From Acidobacteriota bacterium (GTDB lineage Bacteria > Acidobacteriota > Aminicenantia > Aminicenantales > Saccharicenantaceae): a stretch of 64,000 nucleotides of DNA. The DNA lies in the NCBI GenBank assembly GCA_029569255.1, contig JAKQUO010000028.1, positions 163,904-227,903 of the forward strand. Reading direction: 5' to 3'. Below the pieces are notes generated by a model. It did no database searches. It worked only from the letters and a program-made list of their open reading frames with translations, and was not told where the DNA came from. This document shows positions 45,596 through 55,362 of the stretch, piece after piece; the stretch's first letter is position 1; each line of letters begins with the position of its first letter. The position numbers and the translations under genes were made by a program.

Positions 45596-47053
45596 CTAGG
45601 GCTTCTTCTCCCAGCGCAGGACCGGGTTCTTGGCCGCGCCGACCTCGTCGAGCCGCCCGACGTAGGTGACGTGGGGCGCGGCGCGGAGGACATCGGGGTT
45701 CTCCTTGGCCTCCTTGGCGATGGCCTTCATGGCCCCGATGAAGAGGTCGAGGTCGCGCCGGCTCTCGGTCTCGGTCGGCTCGATCATCAGGGCCCCGGGG
45801 ACGATGAGCGGGAAGGACATCGTCGGCGGGTGGACGCCGTGATCGATGAGCCGCTTGGCGATGTCGAGGTTCGTGATCCCGTGCTCCTTCTGGAGCTTGT
45901 CGGAGAAGACGCACTCGTGCATGGAGGGCGTGGCGTACTTGAGGTGGTAGTCCCCCTCGAGGCTCTTGCGGATGTAGTTGGCGTTCAGGACGGCCAATTC
46001 CGCGATTTCCCGGACGCCCTCGGGGCCGAGGCTCATGATATAGCACAGGGCCCGGACGAGGACCGAGAAGTTGCCGAAGAAGGCCCGGACGCGGCCGATG
46101 GACCTGGGCCGGTCGAAGTCGAGGACGTAGCGCCCGCCCTTCTCGGCGATCACGGGGACCGGCAGGTACGGCTCGAGCTCCTTCTTGACGCCGACGGGGC
46201 CGGAGCCGGGCCCGCCGCCGCCGTGGGGCGTCGAGAACGTCTTGTGGAGGTTGAGGTGGAGGACGTCGACGCCCATGTCGCCGGGACGGGCGACGCCCGT
46301 CAGGGCGTTCATGTTGGCCCCGTCCATGTAGACGAAGCCGCCCTTGGCGTGGACGATCCCGGCGATGAGGCCGATGTCCGACTCGAAGACGCCCAGCGTG
46401 TTGGGGTTGGTCACCATCAGGGCGGCGACCTCGCCGGTCATGGCCGCCTCGAGGGCGGCGACGTCGATCGTCCCGTCTTCGCCGGACTTGATCTCCTTGA
46501 CGGCATAGCCGCAGATGTGGGCCGAGGAGGGGTTCGTGCCGTGGGCCGAATCCGGGATGAGGACGATCTTGCGGGCGTCGCCCCGGGCCTCCAGGGCGGC
46601 CCGGATGATCATCATGCCGGCGAGCTCGCCGTGGGCCCCCGCGGCCGGCTGGAGAGTGAAAGCGTCCAGGCCCGTGATCTCGCGGAGGAAGCGCTCGAGC
46701 GTCCGCAGGACCTCGAGGTTCCCCTGGACGAGCTCCTCGGGGAGGAGCGGGTGCGAGCCGGCGAAGGCCGGGTGGGCCGAGAGGCGCTCGTTGACCTTGG
46801 GGTTGTACTTCATCGTGCACGAGCCGAGGGGGTAGATGCCCATGTCGACGCAGTAGTTCTTCTGGGACAGGCGGGTGAAGTGGCGGGTGACCTCGGTCTC
46901 GGAGACCTCGGGGAAGTCCTCGATCTCGCGGCGGAGCGGCACGCCCGCGAGCAGGTCCTTCCGGACCGGGACGTCCAGGGCCGGCAGCTCGCCGGCCCGC
47001 TTGCCCGCGGCGCTGATCTCGAACACGAGGGGTTCGCGGATCTCCTTGATCAT
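45596..47053 (-). CDS. gcvPB: Glycine dehydrogenase (decarboxylating) subunit 2
   Basis: Start MIKEIREPLVFE at 47053; PLP-lysine region; ATGA overlap with gcvPA. Confidence 0.95.
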   Translation of the reverse strand: MIKEIREPLVFEISAAGKRAGELPALDVPVRKDLLAGVPLRREIEDFPEVSETEVTRHFTRLSQKNYCVDMGIYPLGSCTMKYNPKVNERLSAHPAFAGSHPLLPEELVQGNLEVLRTLERFLREITGLDAFTLQPAAGAHGELAGMMIIRAALEARGDARKIVLIPDSAHGTNPSSAHICGYAVKEIKSGEDGTIDVAALEAAMTGEVAALMVTNPNTLGVFESDIGLIAGIVHAKGGFVYMDGANMNALTGVARPGDMGVDVLHLNLHKTFSTPHGGGGPGSGPVGVKKELEPYLPVPVIAEKGGRYVLDFDRPRSIGRVRAFFGNFSVLVRALCYIMSLGPEGVREIAELAVLNANYIRKSLEGDYHLKYATPSMHECVFSDKLQKEHGITNLDIAKRLIDHGVHPPTMSFPLIVPGALMIEPTETESRRDLDLFIGAMKAIAKEAKENPDVLRAAPHVTYVGRLDEVGAAKNPVLRWEKKP

Positions 47054-48396
47054 GACAGGACCTCCTGGAGGGCCCGGGCCAGACGGTCGATCTCGTCCTT
47101 GGTCCTGAGCTCGGTCACGGCCACCAGGGCGGCGTCGCCGAGCTCGGGGTACGCGGCCGCGAGGCCGTGGCCGCCGATGAAGCCCCGGGCCCTGAGCCCG
47201 GCGTCGACGGCCGGCCAGGGCTTGGGGAGGCCGAGCGCGAACTCGTTGAAGACCGGCCCGGAGAGCTTCCGCTCGACCCGGGGGACGGCGGTCAGCTTCT
47301 CGATCGCGTAGGCCGCCTTCTGGGCGTTCTGCCAAGCCATCTCGCGCAGCCCCTGCTTGCCCAGGGTCTCCATGAAGATGGTCGCCCGGAGGGCGCAGAG
47401 GGCCTGGTTGGTGCAGATGTTCGAGGTCGCCCGCTCGCGCCGGATGTGCTGCTCGCGGGTCGACAGGGTCAGGACGAAGCCGCGCCGGCCGTCTTTGTCG
47501 ACCGTCTGGCCGGCGATGCGGCCCGGCAGCTGCCGCAGATAGTCCTTCCGGCAGGCCATGAACCCGAGATAGGGGCCGCCGAAGCTCACCGGGAGGCCGA
47601 ACGACTGGGCCTCGCCGGTGACGATGTCGGCCCCGAGGCGTCCCGGCGCCTCGAGGAGCCCCAGGGACAGGGCCTCGGCGACCACGGCCACCGAAAGGGC
47701 CTTGCGGCTGTGGGCGGCCGCGGACAAGGCCCGGACGTCCTCGACGACGCCGAGGAAGTTCGGCGACTGATAGACGACCGCGGCGGTGGCCTCGTCGAGG
47801 AGCCGGCCCAGGGCGTCCGGGTCGACCCGGCCGTCCGGGCCGAAGCCGACCTCGACGGCCTCGACGCCCATGTTCTTGATGTAGGTCCGGACGACCTCGC
47901 GGTACTGCGGGTGGAGCGAGCGGGCCACGACGACCTTGTTCCGGCCGGTGACCCGCTGGGCCGTCAGGACGGCCTCGGCCGCGCCCGTGGAGCCGTCGTA
48001 GAGCGAGGCGTTGGCGATGTCGAGGCCGGCCAGCTGGCAGACGAGGGTCTGGAACTCGAAGATGACCTGGAGCGTCCCCTGGCTGACCTCGGGTTGGTAG
48101 GGCGTGTAGGGGCTGACGAACTCGCCCCGCGAGCTCAGGTAGTCGACGACGGTCGGGATGAAGTGCTCGTAGGCCCCGCCGCCGAGGAAAGACACCAGGC
48201 CGGCCGCGGCGTTCTTGGCGCCGATCGCCTCCACGACCCGGACGAGCTCCAGCTCCGAACGGGCCGGCGGCAGGTCGAGGGGACGACCGAGCCGGACCGC
48301 TTCGGGGATGCAGGCGAACAGGTCGTCGACGGAAGCGGCGCCGACCCGGGCCAGCATCTCCTTTCTATCCTGGCCGCTGAGAGAGATGTAGCTCAT
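47050..48396 (-). CDS. gcvPA: Glycine dehydrogenase (decarboxylating) subunit 1
   Basis: Start MSYISLSGQDRKEM at 48396; ATGA overlap with gcvH. Confidence 0.95.
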   Translation of the reverse strand: MSYISLSGQDRKEMLARVGAASVDDLFACIPEAVRLGRPLDLPPARSELELVRVVEAIGAKNAAAGLVSFLGGGAYEHFIPTVVDYLSSRGEFVSPYTPYQPEVSQGTLQVIFEFQTLVCQLAGLDIANASLYDGSTGAAEAVLTAQRVTGRNKVVVARSLHPQYREVVRTYIKNMGVEAVEVGFGPDGRVDPDALGRLLDEATAAVVYQSPNFLGVVEDVRALSAAAHSRKALSVAVVAEALSLGLLEAPGRLGADIVTGEAQSFGLPVSFGGPYLGFMACRKDYLRQLPGRIAGQTVDKDGRRGFVLTLSTREQHIRRERATSNICTNQALCALRATIFMETLGKQGLREMAWQNAQKAAYAIEKLTAVPRVERKLSGPVFNEFALGLPKPWPAVDAGLRARGFIGGHGLAAAYPELGDAALVAVTELRTKDEIDRLARALQEVLS

Positions 48397-48782
48397 GAGC
48401 GCTCGAGGCCTTCGAGGAATTTCTCGTAATCGGCGGCCGAGAGGAGGCCGTCGAGGTCCTTCGCGTCCTTGATCTTGATCCGCGCGATCCAGCCCTGGCC
48501 GTGGGGGTCCTTGTTGAGCAGGTCGGCCGCCTGCCCCAGGGACTCGTTGACGGCGGCGACGACGCCGGAGACCGGGGCATAGATGTCGGAGACCGACTTC
48601 ACGGACTCGACGACGCCGAGCGACTGCTTGAGCTCGAGCTCCTTGCCCACGGGCGGGAGCTCGACGAAGATGATGTCGCCGAGCTGGTGCTGGGCGAAAT
48701 CGGTGATGCCGACGACGGCCTCGCCGCCTTCGACCTTGACCCACTCGTGGTCCTTGCTGTAGCGGAGATCGTTCGGATACAT
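48393..48782 (-). CDS. gcvH: Glycine cleavage system H protein
   Basis: Lipoyl-lysine motif ESVKSVSDIY. Confidence 0.95.
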   Translation of the reverse strand: MYPNDLRYSKDHEWVKVEGGEAVVGITDFAQHQLGDIIFVELPPVGKELELKQSLGVVESVKSVSDIYAPVSGVVAAVNESLGQAADLLNKDPHGQGWIARIKIKDAKDLDGLLSAADYEKFLEGLERS

Positions 48783-48807
48783 GCGTTCCTCCTTGGTGAC
48801 GGGATCG

Positions 48808-49914
48808 TTATCTCTTGGCCCTCTTGTAGAAGGGCGTCGGGACGACGCGGGCCGCGGCGCGCTTGCCGCGGATCTCGATCTCGAACTCGGCGCCGGCGGT
48901 CGTCGCCTCGATGGGCAGGTAGACGAGGCCGATGGCTCTCTTGAGCAGGGGCGAGAAGGTGCCCGAAGCGACCTCCCCGAACCTCTCGCCGCCGACGAAG
49001 ACGGGATAGTGGGGGCGGGCGATGCCCGGCCCGGCCATCTCGAAGCCGACGAGCTTGCGGGTCAGTCCTTCGGCCAGCTGCTTCTCGATCGCGGGCTTGC
49101 CCAGGAAGTCGCCCTTCTGGAGCTTGACGATCCATTTCAGGTCGGCCTCGAGGACCGTCGTCTTGTCCGAGATGTCGTTGCCGTAGAGCATGAGCTTGGC
49201 CTCGAGCCGGAGCGTGTCCCGGGCGCCCAAGCCGATGGGCTGGAGCCCCAGGGGCTTGCCCGTCTCGATGAGGGCCTTCCAGATGCCCCCCGGGTCCGGG
49301 TCCCGGGTGTAGATCTCGAAGCCGTCCTCGCCGGTGTAGCCGGTCCTCGAGACCAGGGCCTCCTTGCCGAGGACACGGCCCCTGGCCCAGTTGAAGGTCT
49401 TCAGGGCCGCGAGATCGATGTCGGCGAGAGGCTGGAGGACCGTCTCGGCCAGAGGCCCCTGGAGAGCCAGCTGGGAATAGGCGTCGCTCTGGTGCTCGAC
49501 CTCGACGTCGAAGCCCCGGGCATGGCCGGCGATCCAGGCGAAGTCCTTGTCGTCGTTGGCGGCGTTGACCACGAGGAAGTACTCCTCCGGGCCCATGCAA
49601 TAGACGAGGATGTCGTCGACGAAAGTCGACTCCGGGGTCATCAGGGCCGTGTACTGGACCTGGCCCGGAACGAGCTTGGAGGCGTCGTTCGGGGTCAGCC
49701 ATTGGACGAAGGCCAGGGCGTCCTTGCCCGTGACCAGGACCTCGCCCATGTGGCTGACGTCGAAGAGCCCGGCCTGCGTCCGGACGGCCATGTGCTCGGG
49801 GATGATGCCCGCGTACTCGACCGGCATCTCCCAGCCGCAGAACTCGATCATCTTGCCGCCGAGCGCCTTGTGGAGTTCGTTGAAGGGCGTCTTTTTCATG
49901 CGGGCTCCTTTCAC
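48808..49914 (-). CDS. gcvT: Glycine cleavage system aminomethyltransferase T
   Basis: Full-length GcvT; SD AAAGGAG. Confidence 0.95.
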   Translation of the reverse strand: MKGARMKKTPFNELHKALGGKMIEFCGWEMPVEYAGIIPEHMAVRTQAGLFDVSHMGEVLVTGKDALAFVQWLTPNDASKLVPGQVQYTALMTPESTFVDDILVYCMGPEEYFLVVNAANDDKDFAWIAGHARGFDVEVEHQSDAYSQLALQGPLAETVLQPLADIDLAALKTFNWARGRVLGKEALVSRTGYTGEDGFEIYTRDPDPGGIWKALIETGKPLGLQPIGLGARDTLRLEAKLMLYGNDISDKTTVLEADLKWIVKLQKGDFLGKPAIEKQLAEGLTRKLVGFEMAGPGIARPHYPVFVGGERFGEVASGTFSPLLKRAIGLVYLPIEATTAGAEFEIEIRGKRAAARVVPTPFYKRAKR

Positions 49915-50060
49915 AGCCGAAGAAGCCCAAAATTATCACATCTCGGCGCCTGCCGCAAGCGCGCCCGGACACGCGCCCGGCGGGGCTGACCTCAGGGGGC
50001 CATCTCCCCTCCGGCGGTGCGGAGCCCTGATGTCAGCCCGAACGGAAGCCGGGCCGCGGC

Positions 50061-50088
50061 TTGCCCGCTAGGGCCGTTTTGCTATAAT
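50061..50088 (+). promoter_or_regulatory. argS promoter TTGCCC-N16-TATAAT ending 12 nt before ATG 50101 (about 5-nt leader, no SD)
   Basis: Seen in sequence. Confidence 0.45.
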
Positions 50089-50100
50089 AGGTCCCCGAAA

Positions 50101-52038
50101 ATGATCGCTTTCAAATCGCGCTTGAAAGAAACGATCCACGAGCGGCTGAGAGCCGTCTACCCGGTCGGCCCCGAGGACCTCGACATGGCCCCGACGCCCG
50201 ACCCGAAGATGGGCGACCTGGCCCTGACCTTCCCCTTCCAGCTGGCCAAGACGCTCAAGAAAGCGCCCCGGACGATCGCCCAGGAGGCCGCGCCCCTCGT
50301 CGCCTCCGTCCCCGGCGTCGTCAGGGCCGAGGTCGCCGGGGGCGGCTTCCTGAACCTGTGGCTCGACAAGGCCGCCGTCTTCGCCGAGGTCATCCGACTG
50401 GCCGGCCGGACCTCCTTGGCCCCCGACGAGGCGAAGATCGTCATCGAGCACACCAACATCAACCCCAACAAGGCCGCCCACATCGGCCACCTCCGCAACG
50501 CCTGCCTCGGCGACACCCTGGCCCGGTGCCTCAGGTTCAAGGGCGAGCGCGTCGAGGTCCAGAACTACATCGACGACACCGGCGTCCAGGTCGTCGACGT
50601 CGTCTTCGGCTTCATGGACCTCGAGAGAAAGGCCCTCGAGGACCTGGAGCGCCTGGAGGGCCGGTTCGACCATTACTGCTGGGACCTCTACGCCCGCGTC
50701 TCGGCCTATCTCGCCGAGCACCCCGAAGCGCAGTCCCGCAAGGCCGAGATCATGAAGCGGATGGAGCGGGGCCTCGATCCCGAATACGCCCTGTCGCGCC
50801 ATATCTCGCGGCGCATCGTCCGGGCCCACCTGGCGACCATGGCCCGGCTCGGCATCTCCTACGACGTCCTGCCCTGCGAGAGCACGATCCTCCGCCTCGA
50901 GTTCTGGGACAAGGCCTTCGCCCTGCTCAAGGAGCGGCGGGCCGTCTCTCTCGCGACCGAGGGCGAGAACAAGGGCTGCTGGGTCATGCGCCTCGAGGAG
51001 GGCGAGGAGCGGGAGAAGGTCATCGTCCGCTCCGACGGCACCGTGACCTACGTCGGCAAGGACATCGCCTACCAGCTCTGGAAATTCGGCCTGCTCGGCC
51101 GCGACTTCTTCTATGAGCCCTTCGCCGAATCGGACGGGCGGACGCTCTGGATCTCGACCGACGCCCCCGGCCCGGCCGGCGGTCCGTCGTTCGGCGGGGC
51201 CAGCAAGGTCTACAACGTCATCGACACGCGCCAATCCTACCTCCAGAAGGTCGTCGTCCAGGGGCTGCGCTCGCTCCAGTACGGGGCCCAGGCCGACAAG
51301 TCCGTCCATTTCTCCTACGAGATGGTGGCCCTCTCGCCCCGGAGCCTGGCCGAGCTCGGCTACGCGGCCTCGGACGAGGAGAAGGGGCGCTCCTTCCTCG
51401 AGGTCTCGGGGCGCAAGGGCCTCGGCGTCAAGGCCGACGACCTCCTCGACCGGCTCGAGGCCAAGGCCCGGGACGAGGTCGAGAAGCGCAACGCCTCCCT
51501 CTCTCCCGACGAGCGGGCCCGGATCGCCCGGGAGATCGCCTCGGGGGCCCTGCGCTACTTCATGCTCAAGTACGCCCGCAACTCCGTCATCGTCTTCGAT
51601 TTCGAGGAGGCCCTGAGCTTCGAGGGCGAAACAGGGCCCTATCTCCAATACACGTCGGTCCGGCTCAACAGCATCTTCCGCAAGCTCAAGGAGCGCGCCG
51701 GCCTGGACGAGGCCGATATCCGCGCCCCGGCCGCCGCCGACCTCATCCCGCCGGGCCTCTCGGACCGGGAGACGGCCGATTTCTGGGACCTCGTCCTGAC
51801 CGCCGGGGGGCTCGAGGAGGAGGTCCTCCGTTCGGTCGCCGCGCTGGAGCTCTCCCACCTGGCCAAGCACGCCTTCCTCCTGTGCCAGAAGCTCAACGGC
51901 TACTATCACCAATACCCGGTCCTCGCCGAGGAGAACAAGGCCGTCAAGGCCTTCCGCCTTCTGGTCATCCGGACCGTCAAGGAGCAGCTCCTCTGCGCGC
52001 TGGGCCTGATGGGCATCCCGCCGCCCGAGCGCATGTGA
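50101..52038 (+). CDS. argS: Arginyl-tRNA synthetase
   Basis: HIGH motif (NPNKAAHIGHLRN), anticodon-binding DALR domain; the ORF in the track starts upstream but MIAFKSRLKE at 50101 is the family-typical N-terminus. Confidence 0.95.
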   Translation: MIAFKSRLKETIHERLRAVYPVGPEDLDMAPTPDPKMGDLALTFPFQLAKTLKKAPRTIAQEAAPLVASVPGVVRAEVAGGGFLNLWLDKAAVFAEVIRLAGRTSLAPDEAKIVIEHTNINPNKAAHIGHLRNACLGDTLARCLRFKGERVEVQNYIDDTGVQVVDVVFGFMDLERKALEDLERLEGRFDHYCWDLYARVSAYLAEHPEAQSRKAEIMKRMERGLDPEYALSRHISRRIVRAHLATMARLGISYDVLPCESTILRLEFWDKAFALLKERRAVSLATEGENKGCWVMRLEEGEEREKVIVRSDGTVTYVGKDIAYQLWKFGLLGRDFFYEPFAESDGRTLWISTDAPGPAGGPSFGGASKVYNVIDTRQSYLQKVVVQGLRSLQYGAQADKSVHFSYEMVALSPRSLAELGYAASDEEKGRSFLEVSGRKGLGVKADDLLDRLEAKARDEVEKRNASLSPDERARIAREIASGALRYFMLKYARNSVIVFDFEEALSFEGETGPYLQYTSVRLNSIFRKLKERAGLDEADIRAPAAADLIPPGLSDRETADFWDLVLTAGGLEEEVLRSVAALELSHLAKHAFLLCQKLNGYYHQYPVLAEENKAVKAFRLLVIRTVKEQLLCALGLMGIPPPERM

Positions 52039-52084
52039 CGCAACGCCGCCGGGGCGGCCGCGTTTCACTGTCATTGGATCGGAG

Positions 52085-53014
52085 GTGAGCATGATCGAGG
52101 TTCAGGACCTCACCAAGAGGTACGGGGAGATCGCCGCCGTCAAGGGGCTGACCTTCAAGGTCGAGCCCGGCCGGATCTGGGGCCTTCTGGGCCCGAACGG
52201 GGCCGGCAAGACGACGACGATGCGCATCCTGACCGGCTACCTGCCGGCCACGGCCGGCCGGGCCCGGGTCGCGGGCCACGACGTGTTCGACGAGCCGGAA
52301 GCGGTCAAGCGGGACATCGGCTATCTGCCCGAGGTCGTCCCTCTCTACCAGGACATGACCGTGGCCGGCTATCTCGGCTTCGTGGCCGAGATCAAGCAGG
52401 TCGCCAAGGCCCGGCGCAAGGAGGCCGTCGACCGGGCCATCGTCTCGTCCGGCCTCAAGGACGTCCGCCGCCGGCTCATCCGGAACGTCTCCCGGGGCTT
52501 CAAGCAGCGGGTCGGCATCGCCCAGGCCCTGATCAACGATCCCCGGGTCCTCATCCTGGACGAGCCGACGATCGGCCTCGACCCGGCCCAGATCATGGAG
52601 ATCCGCGAGCTCATCCGGGGGCTCCGCGGCGAGCGCACCATCCTCCTCTCGACCCACATCCTGCCCGAGGTCACCCAGGTCTGCGACGGCGTCGTCATCA
52701 TCAACGAAGGCGAGCTCAAGGCCTGCGGCTCGCTCGACGAGCTGGCCGACTCGTTCGAGAGGACCGACGGCGTCGTCCTCAGGCTCCGGCGGTCCGGGGC
52801 CGGGGAGGCGGACCTGTTCCGGGGCGTCCCCGGCGTCGAGAAGGTCTCCGTCGACGGGAGCGAGCTGCGGATCGAATGGGCCCGCGGCCGCGACCACCGC
52901 GACGACGTCGCCCGCCTGGCCCTCGACAAGGGCCTCGGCCTCCGCGAGATGCGGTCGCTCGCCGGGATCGAGGACCTCTACATGAACATCGTCTCCGGGA
53001 GGAGCGCGCAATGA
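52085..53014 (+). CDS. ABC transporter ATP-binding protein (GldA-like)
   Basis: Walker A GPNGAGKTTT, ABC signature, Walker B LILDEPTIGLD. Confidence 0.9.
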   Translation: MSMIEVQDLTKRYGEIAAVKGLTFKVEPGRIWGLLGPNGAGKTTTMRILTGYLPATAGRARVAGHDVFDEPEAVKRDIGYLPEVVPLYQDMTVAGYLGFVAEIKQVAKARRKEAVDRAIVSSGLKDVRRRLIRNVSRGFKQRVGIAQALINDPRVLILDEPTIGLDPAQIMEIRELIRGLRGERTILLSTHILPEVTQVCDGVVIINEGELKACGSLDELADSFERTDGVVLRLRRSGAGEADLFRGVPGVEKVSVDGSELRIEWARGRDHRDDVARLALDKGLGLREMRSLAGIEDLYMNIVSGRSAQ

Positions 53015-53781
53015 GAAACGTCTGGTCCCTGGTCAAGAAGGAGGTCCGGGCCTATTTCGGCTCGCCGATCGCCTACGCCATGATGTTCGGCTTCCTGCTC
53101 CTCACCGGCTACTTCTTCTACAGCCTGATCATGTGGTTCAACCTCCAGGCCATGCGGATGGCCCAGAACCCCTACTACGCCCAGCAGGTCAACATCAACG
53201 AGATGGTCTTCTCGCCCCTGTTCCACAACATGAGCATCGTCCTCATCTTCGTCGTCCCGCTGCTGACCATGCGGCTGCTGGCCGAGGAGAAGAAAGCGGG
53301 CACGGACGAGCTCCTCTACACCTCGCCCCTCACGGTCGGCCAGATCGTCCTGGGCAAGTACCTGGCGGCCCTGTTCCTGCTGGCCGTCATGCTCGGCCTG
53401 TCGGCCCTGCTTTCGGTCTTCGCCTTCGCCCTGGGCAACCCCGAGCTGGCCCCCTGGCTCACCGGCTACCTCGGCCTGTTCCTCATGGGCGCGGCCTTCG
53501 TCGCCATCGGCCTCTTCTTCTCCTCCCTCACGGAGAACCAGATCGTGGCCGCCGTCCTGACCCTGATGACCCTGCTGCTCTTCCTCCTCCTCAACTGGGT
53601 CTCGTCGCTGGGCGGCGGCGCGGCCTGGACCAAGGTCGTCAGCTACCTGTCCTTCTCCGAGCACTTCGAGGACCTGACCAAAGGCATCGTCGACACGAAG
53701 GACATCGTCTATTACCTCAGCGCCTCGTTCTTCGGCCTCTTCCTGGCCCACTCCGTCCTTCAGTCCCGGCGGTGGAGGTGA
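53011..53781 (+). CDS. ABC-2 permease (GldF-like)
   Basis: 6 TM segments; ATGA overlap. Confidence 0.8.
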   Translation: MRNVWSLVKKEVRAYFGSPIAYAMMFGFLLLTGYFFYSLIMWFNLQAMRMAQNPYYAQQVNINEMVFSPLFHNMSIVLIFVVPLLTMRLLAEEKKAGTDELLYTSPLTVGQIVLGKYLAALFLLAVMLGLSALLSVFAFALGNPELAPWLTGYLGLFLMGAAFVAIGLFFSSLTENQIVAAVLTLMTLLLFLLLNWVSSLGGGAAWTKVVSYLSFSEHFEDLTKGIVDTKDIVYYLSASFFGLFLAHSVLQSRRWR

Positions 53782-53784
53782 TCC

Positions 53785-55362
53785 ATGGACGCCCTCAAGA
53801 AGAACCTCAGCGCGGCGGCCGCGGTCTTCCTCGCGGCGGCCCTCGTCGGCCTGATCGTCTGGCCCTACAAGAGGACGGCGATCCTCATCCTGGCCATCCT
53901 CGGCCTGGCCTCCTTGGCCGTCCACGTCGTCCTCCACTGGGAGGCCCTCAAGCGGGGCTTCACCCGCCGCTCGTTCCTCTATTCGGGGAACCTCGTCCTC
54001 GTCGCCGTCATCGTCCTGGCCATCCTCGGCCTGGCCAACCACTTCCTGTCCAAGCACAACTACCGGGCCGACTTCACCGCGGCCAAGCTCCACAGCCTGT
54101 CCGGCCAGTCGGTCTCCGTGCTCAAGGCCCTCAAGGCGGACGTCACGCTCAAGGGCTTCTTCCGCGAGGGCAACTACGGCCGGGCGGCCATGGAGAACCT
54201 GCTCAAGCTCTACGCCTACCATTCGGGACACATCAAGTACGAGTTCATCGACCCGGACAAGAACCCCGGCCTGGTCAAGCGCTACGACGTCACCCAGGAC
54301 GGCACGACCGTCGTCGAGGCCGGCGACAAGGAGAGCCGGATCACGACGACCTCCGAAGAGGACCTGACCAACGCCCTGATCAAGGCCACCCGGGCCGCCA
54401 AGAAGGTCATCTATTTCCTCGACGGCCACGGAGAGGGCACGATCGACGAGAGCGGCGACGACGGCTACTCGACCGCCAAGGCGGAGCTCGAGAAGCTCGG
54501 CTACGAGGTCAAGCGGCAGACCCTGGCCCTGGCCGACAGGTTCCCCCAGGACTGCGCCTTGCTCGTCGTCGCCGGCCCGAAGAAGGACCTCCTGCCGAAC
54601 GAGTACGAGACGATTCGTGGCTACTTGGAGGGCGGCGGCCGGGCCCTGGTCATGGTCGACCCCGAGACGCCGACCCAGCTGCCGCGCTTCCTGGCCGGCT
54701 ACGGCTTCAGGCTCGAGGACGACATCGTCGTCGACACCGTCTCCCGCCTCCTCGGCGGCGACTACTTCATGCCCGTCGTCAGCGAATACGAGACCCATCC
54801 CATCACCGAGCGGTTCGGCTACGCCACGTTCTTCCCGCTGGCCCGCTCGGTCGAGGTCGCCGAGACGAAGCCCGAGGGGGCGACGGTGACCGAGCTGGCC
54901 AAGACCAGCCCCAACTCCTGGTCGGAGCGCGAGCTCGACCAGAAGGAGGTCAAGTTCGACGCGGCCAAGGACAAGCAGGGCCCCATCGGCCTGGCCGCCG
55001 TGGCAGAGTTGCCGGCCAAGGCCGGGGCCCCGCCCGCCTCCGGGGCCCAGCCCGGCGGGGCGGCCCCGCCCAAGCCGGAGGCGGCCGAGAAGAAGACGCG
55101 GGTCGCGGCCATCGGCGACTCCGACTTCGCCAAGAACCGCTACTTCGGCGTGTCCGGCAACGGCAACTTCTTCCTCAACGTCGCCAACTGGCTGACGGAG
55201 GAGGCCGACCTCATCGCCATCCAGCCCAAGACCCGGACTCCCCGGACGGTCCAGCTGACCCCGGCCCAGGGACGGCTCGTCTTCCTGACGAGCGTCGTCG
55301 TCCTCCCCTTGGCCATGCTGGCCATCAGCCTGTACGTCTGGCGCCGCAGGAGGACGCTGTGA
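53785..55362 (+). CDS. GldG-like ABC-transporter-associated protein
   Basis: N- and C-terminal TM anchors with a large periplasmic domain characteristic of the Gldg family. Confidence 0.8.
   Translation: MDALKKNLSAAAAVFLAAALVGLIVWPYKRTAILILAILGLASLAVHVVLHWEALKRGFTRRSFLYSGNLVLVAVIVLAILGLANHFLSKHNYRADFTAAKLHSLSGQSVSVLKALKADVTLKGFFREGNYGRAAMENLLKLYAYHSGHIKYEFIDPDKNPGLVKRYDVTQDGTTVVEAGDKESRITTTSEEDLTNALIKATRAAKKVIYFLDGHGEGTIDESGDDGYSTAKAELEKLGYEVKRQTLALADRFPQDCALLVVAGPKKDLLPNEYETIRGYLEGGGRALVMVDPETPTQLPRFLAGYGFRLEDDIVVDTVSRLLGGDYFMPVVSEYETHPITERFGYATFFPLARSVEVAETKPEGATVTELAKTSPNSWSERELDQKEVKFDAAKDKQGPIGLAAVAELPAKAGAPPASGAQPGGAAPPKPEAAEKKTRVAAIGDSDFAKNRYFGVSGNGNFFLNVANWLTEEADLIAIQPKTRTPRTVQLTPAQGRLVFLTSVVVLPLAMLAISLYVWRRRRTL

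Noticed and set aside
49915-50060. Glycine riboswitch upstream of gcvT
   Set aside because: Expected from context, but the conserved GGAGAG, CACCGAAGGGGCAA and CUCAGGCAAAAGGAC cores are not present in recognisable form or order on the minus strand. Left as an open check (see finding), not annotated as ncRNA.
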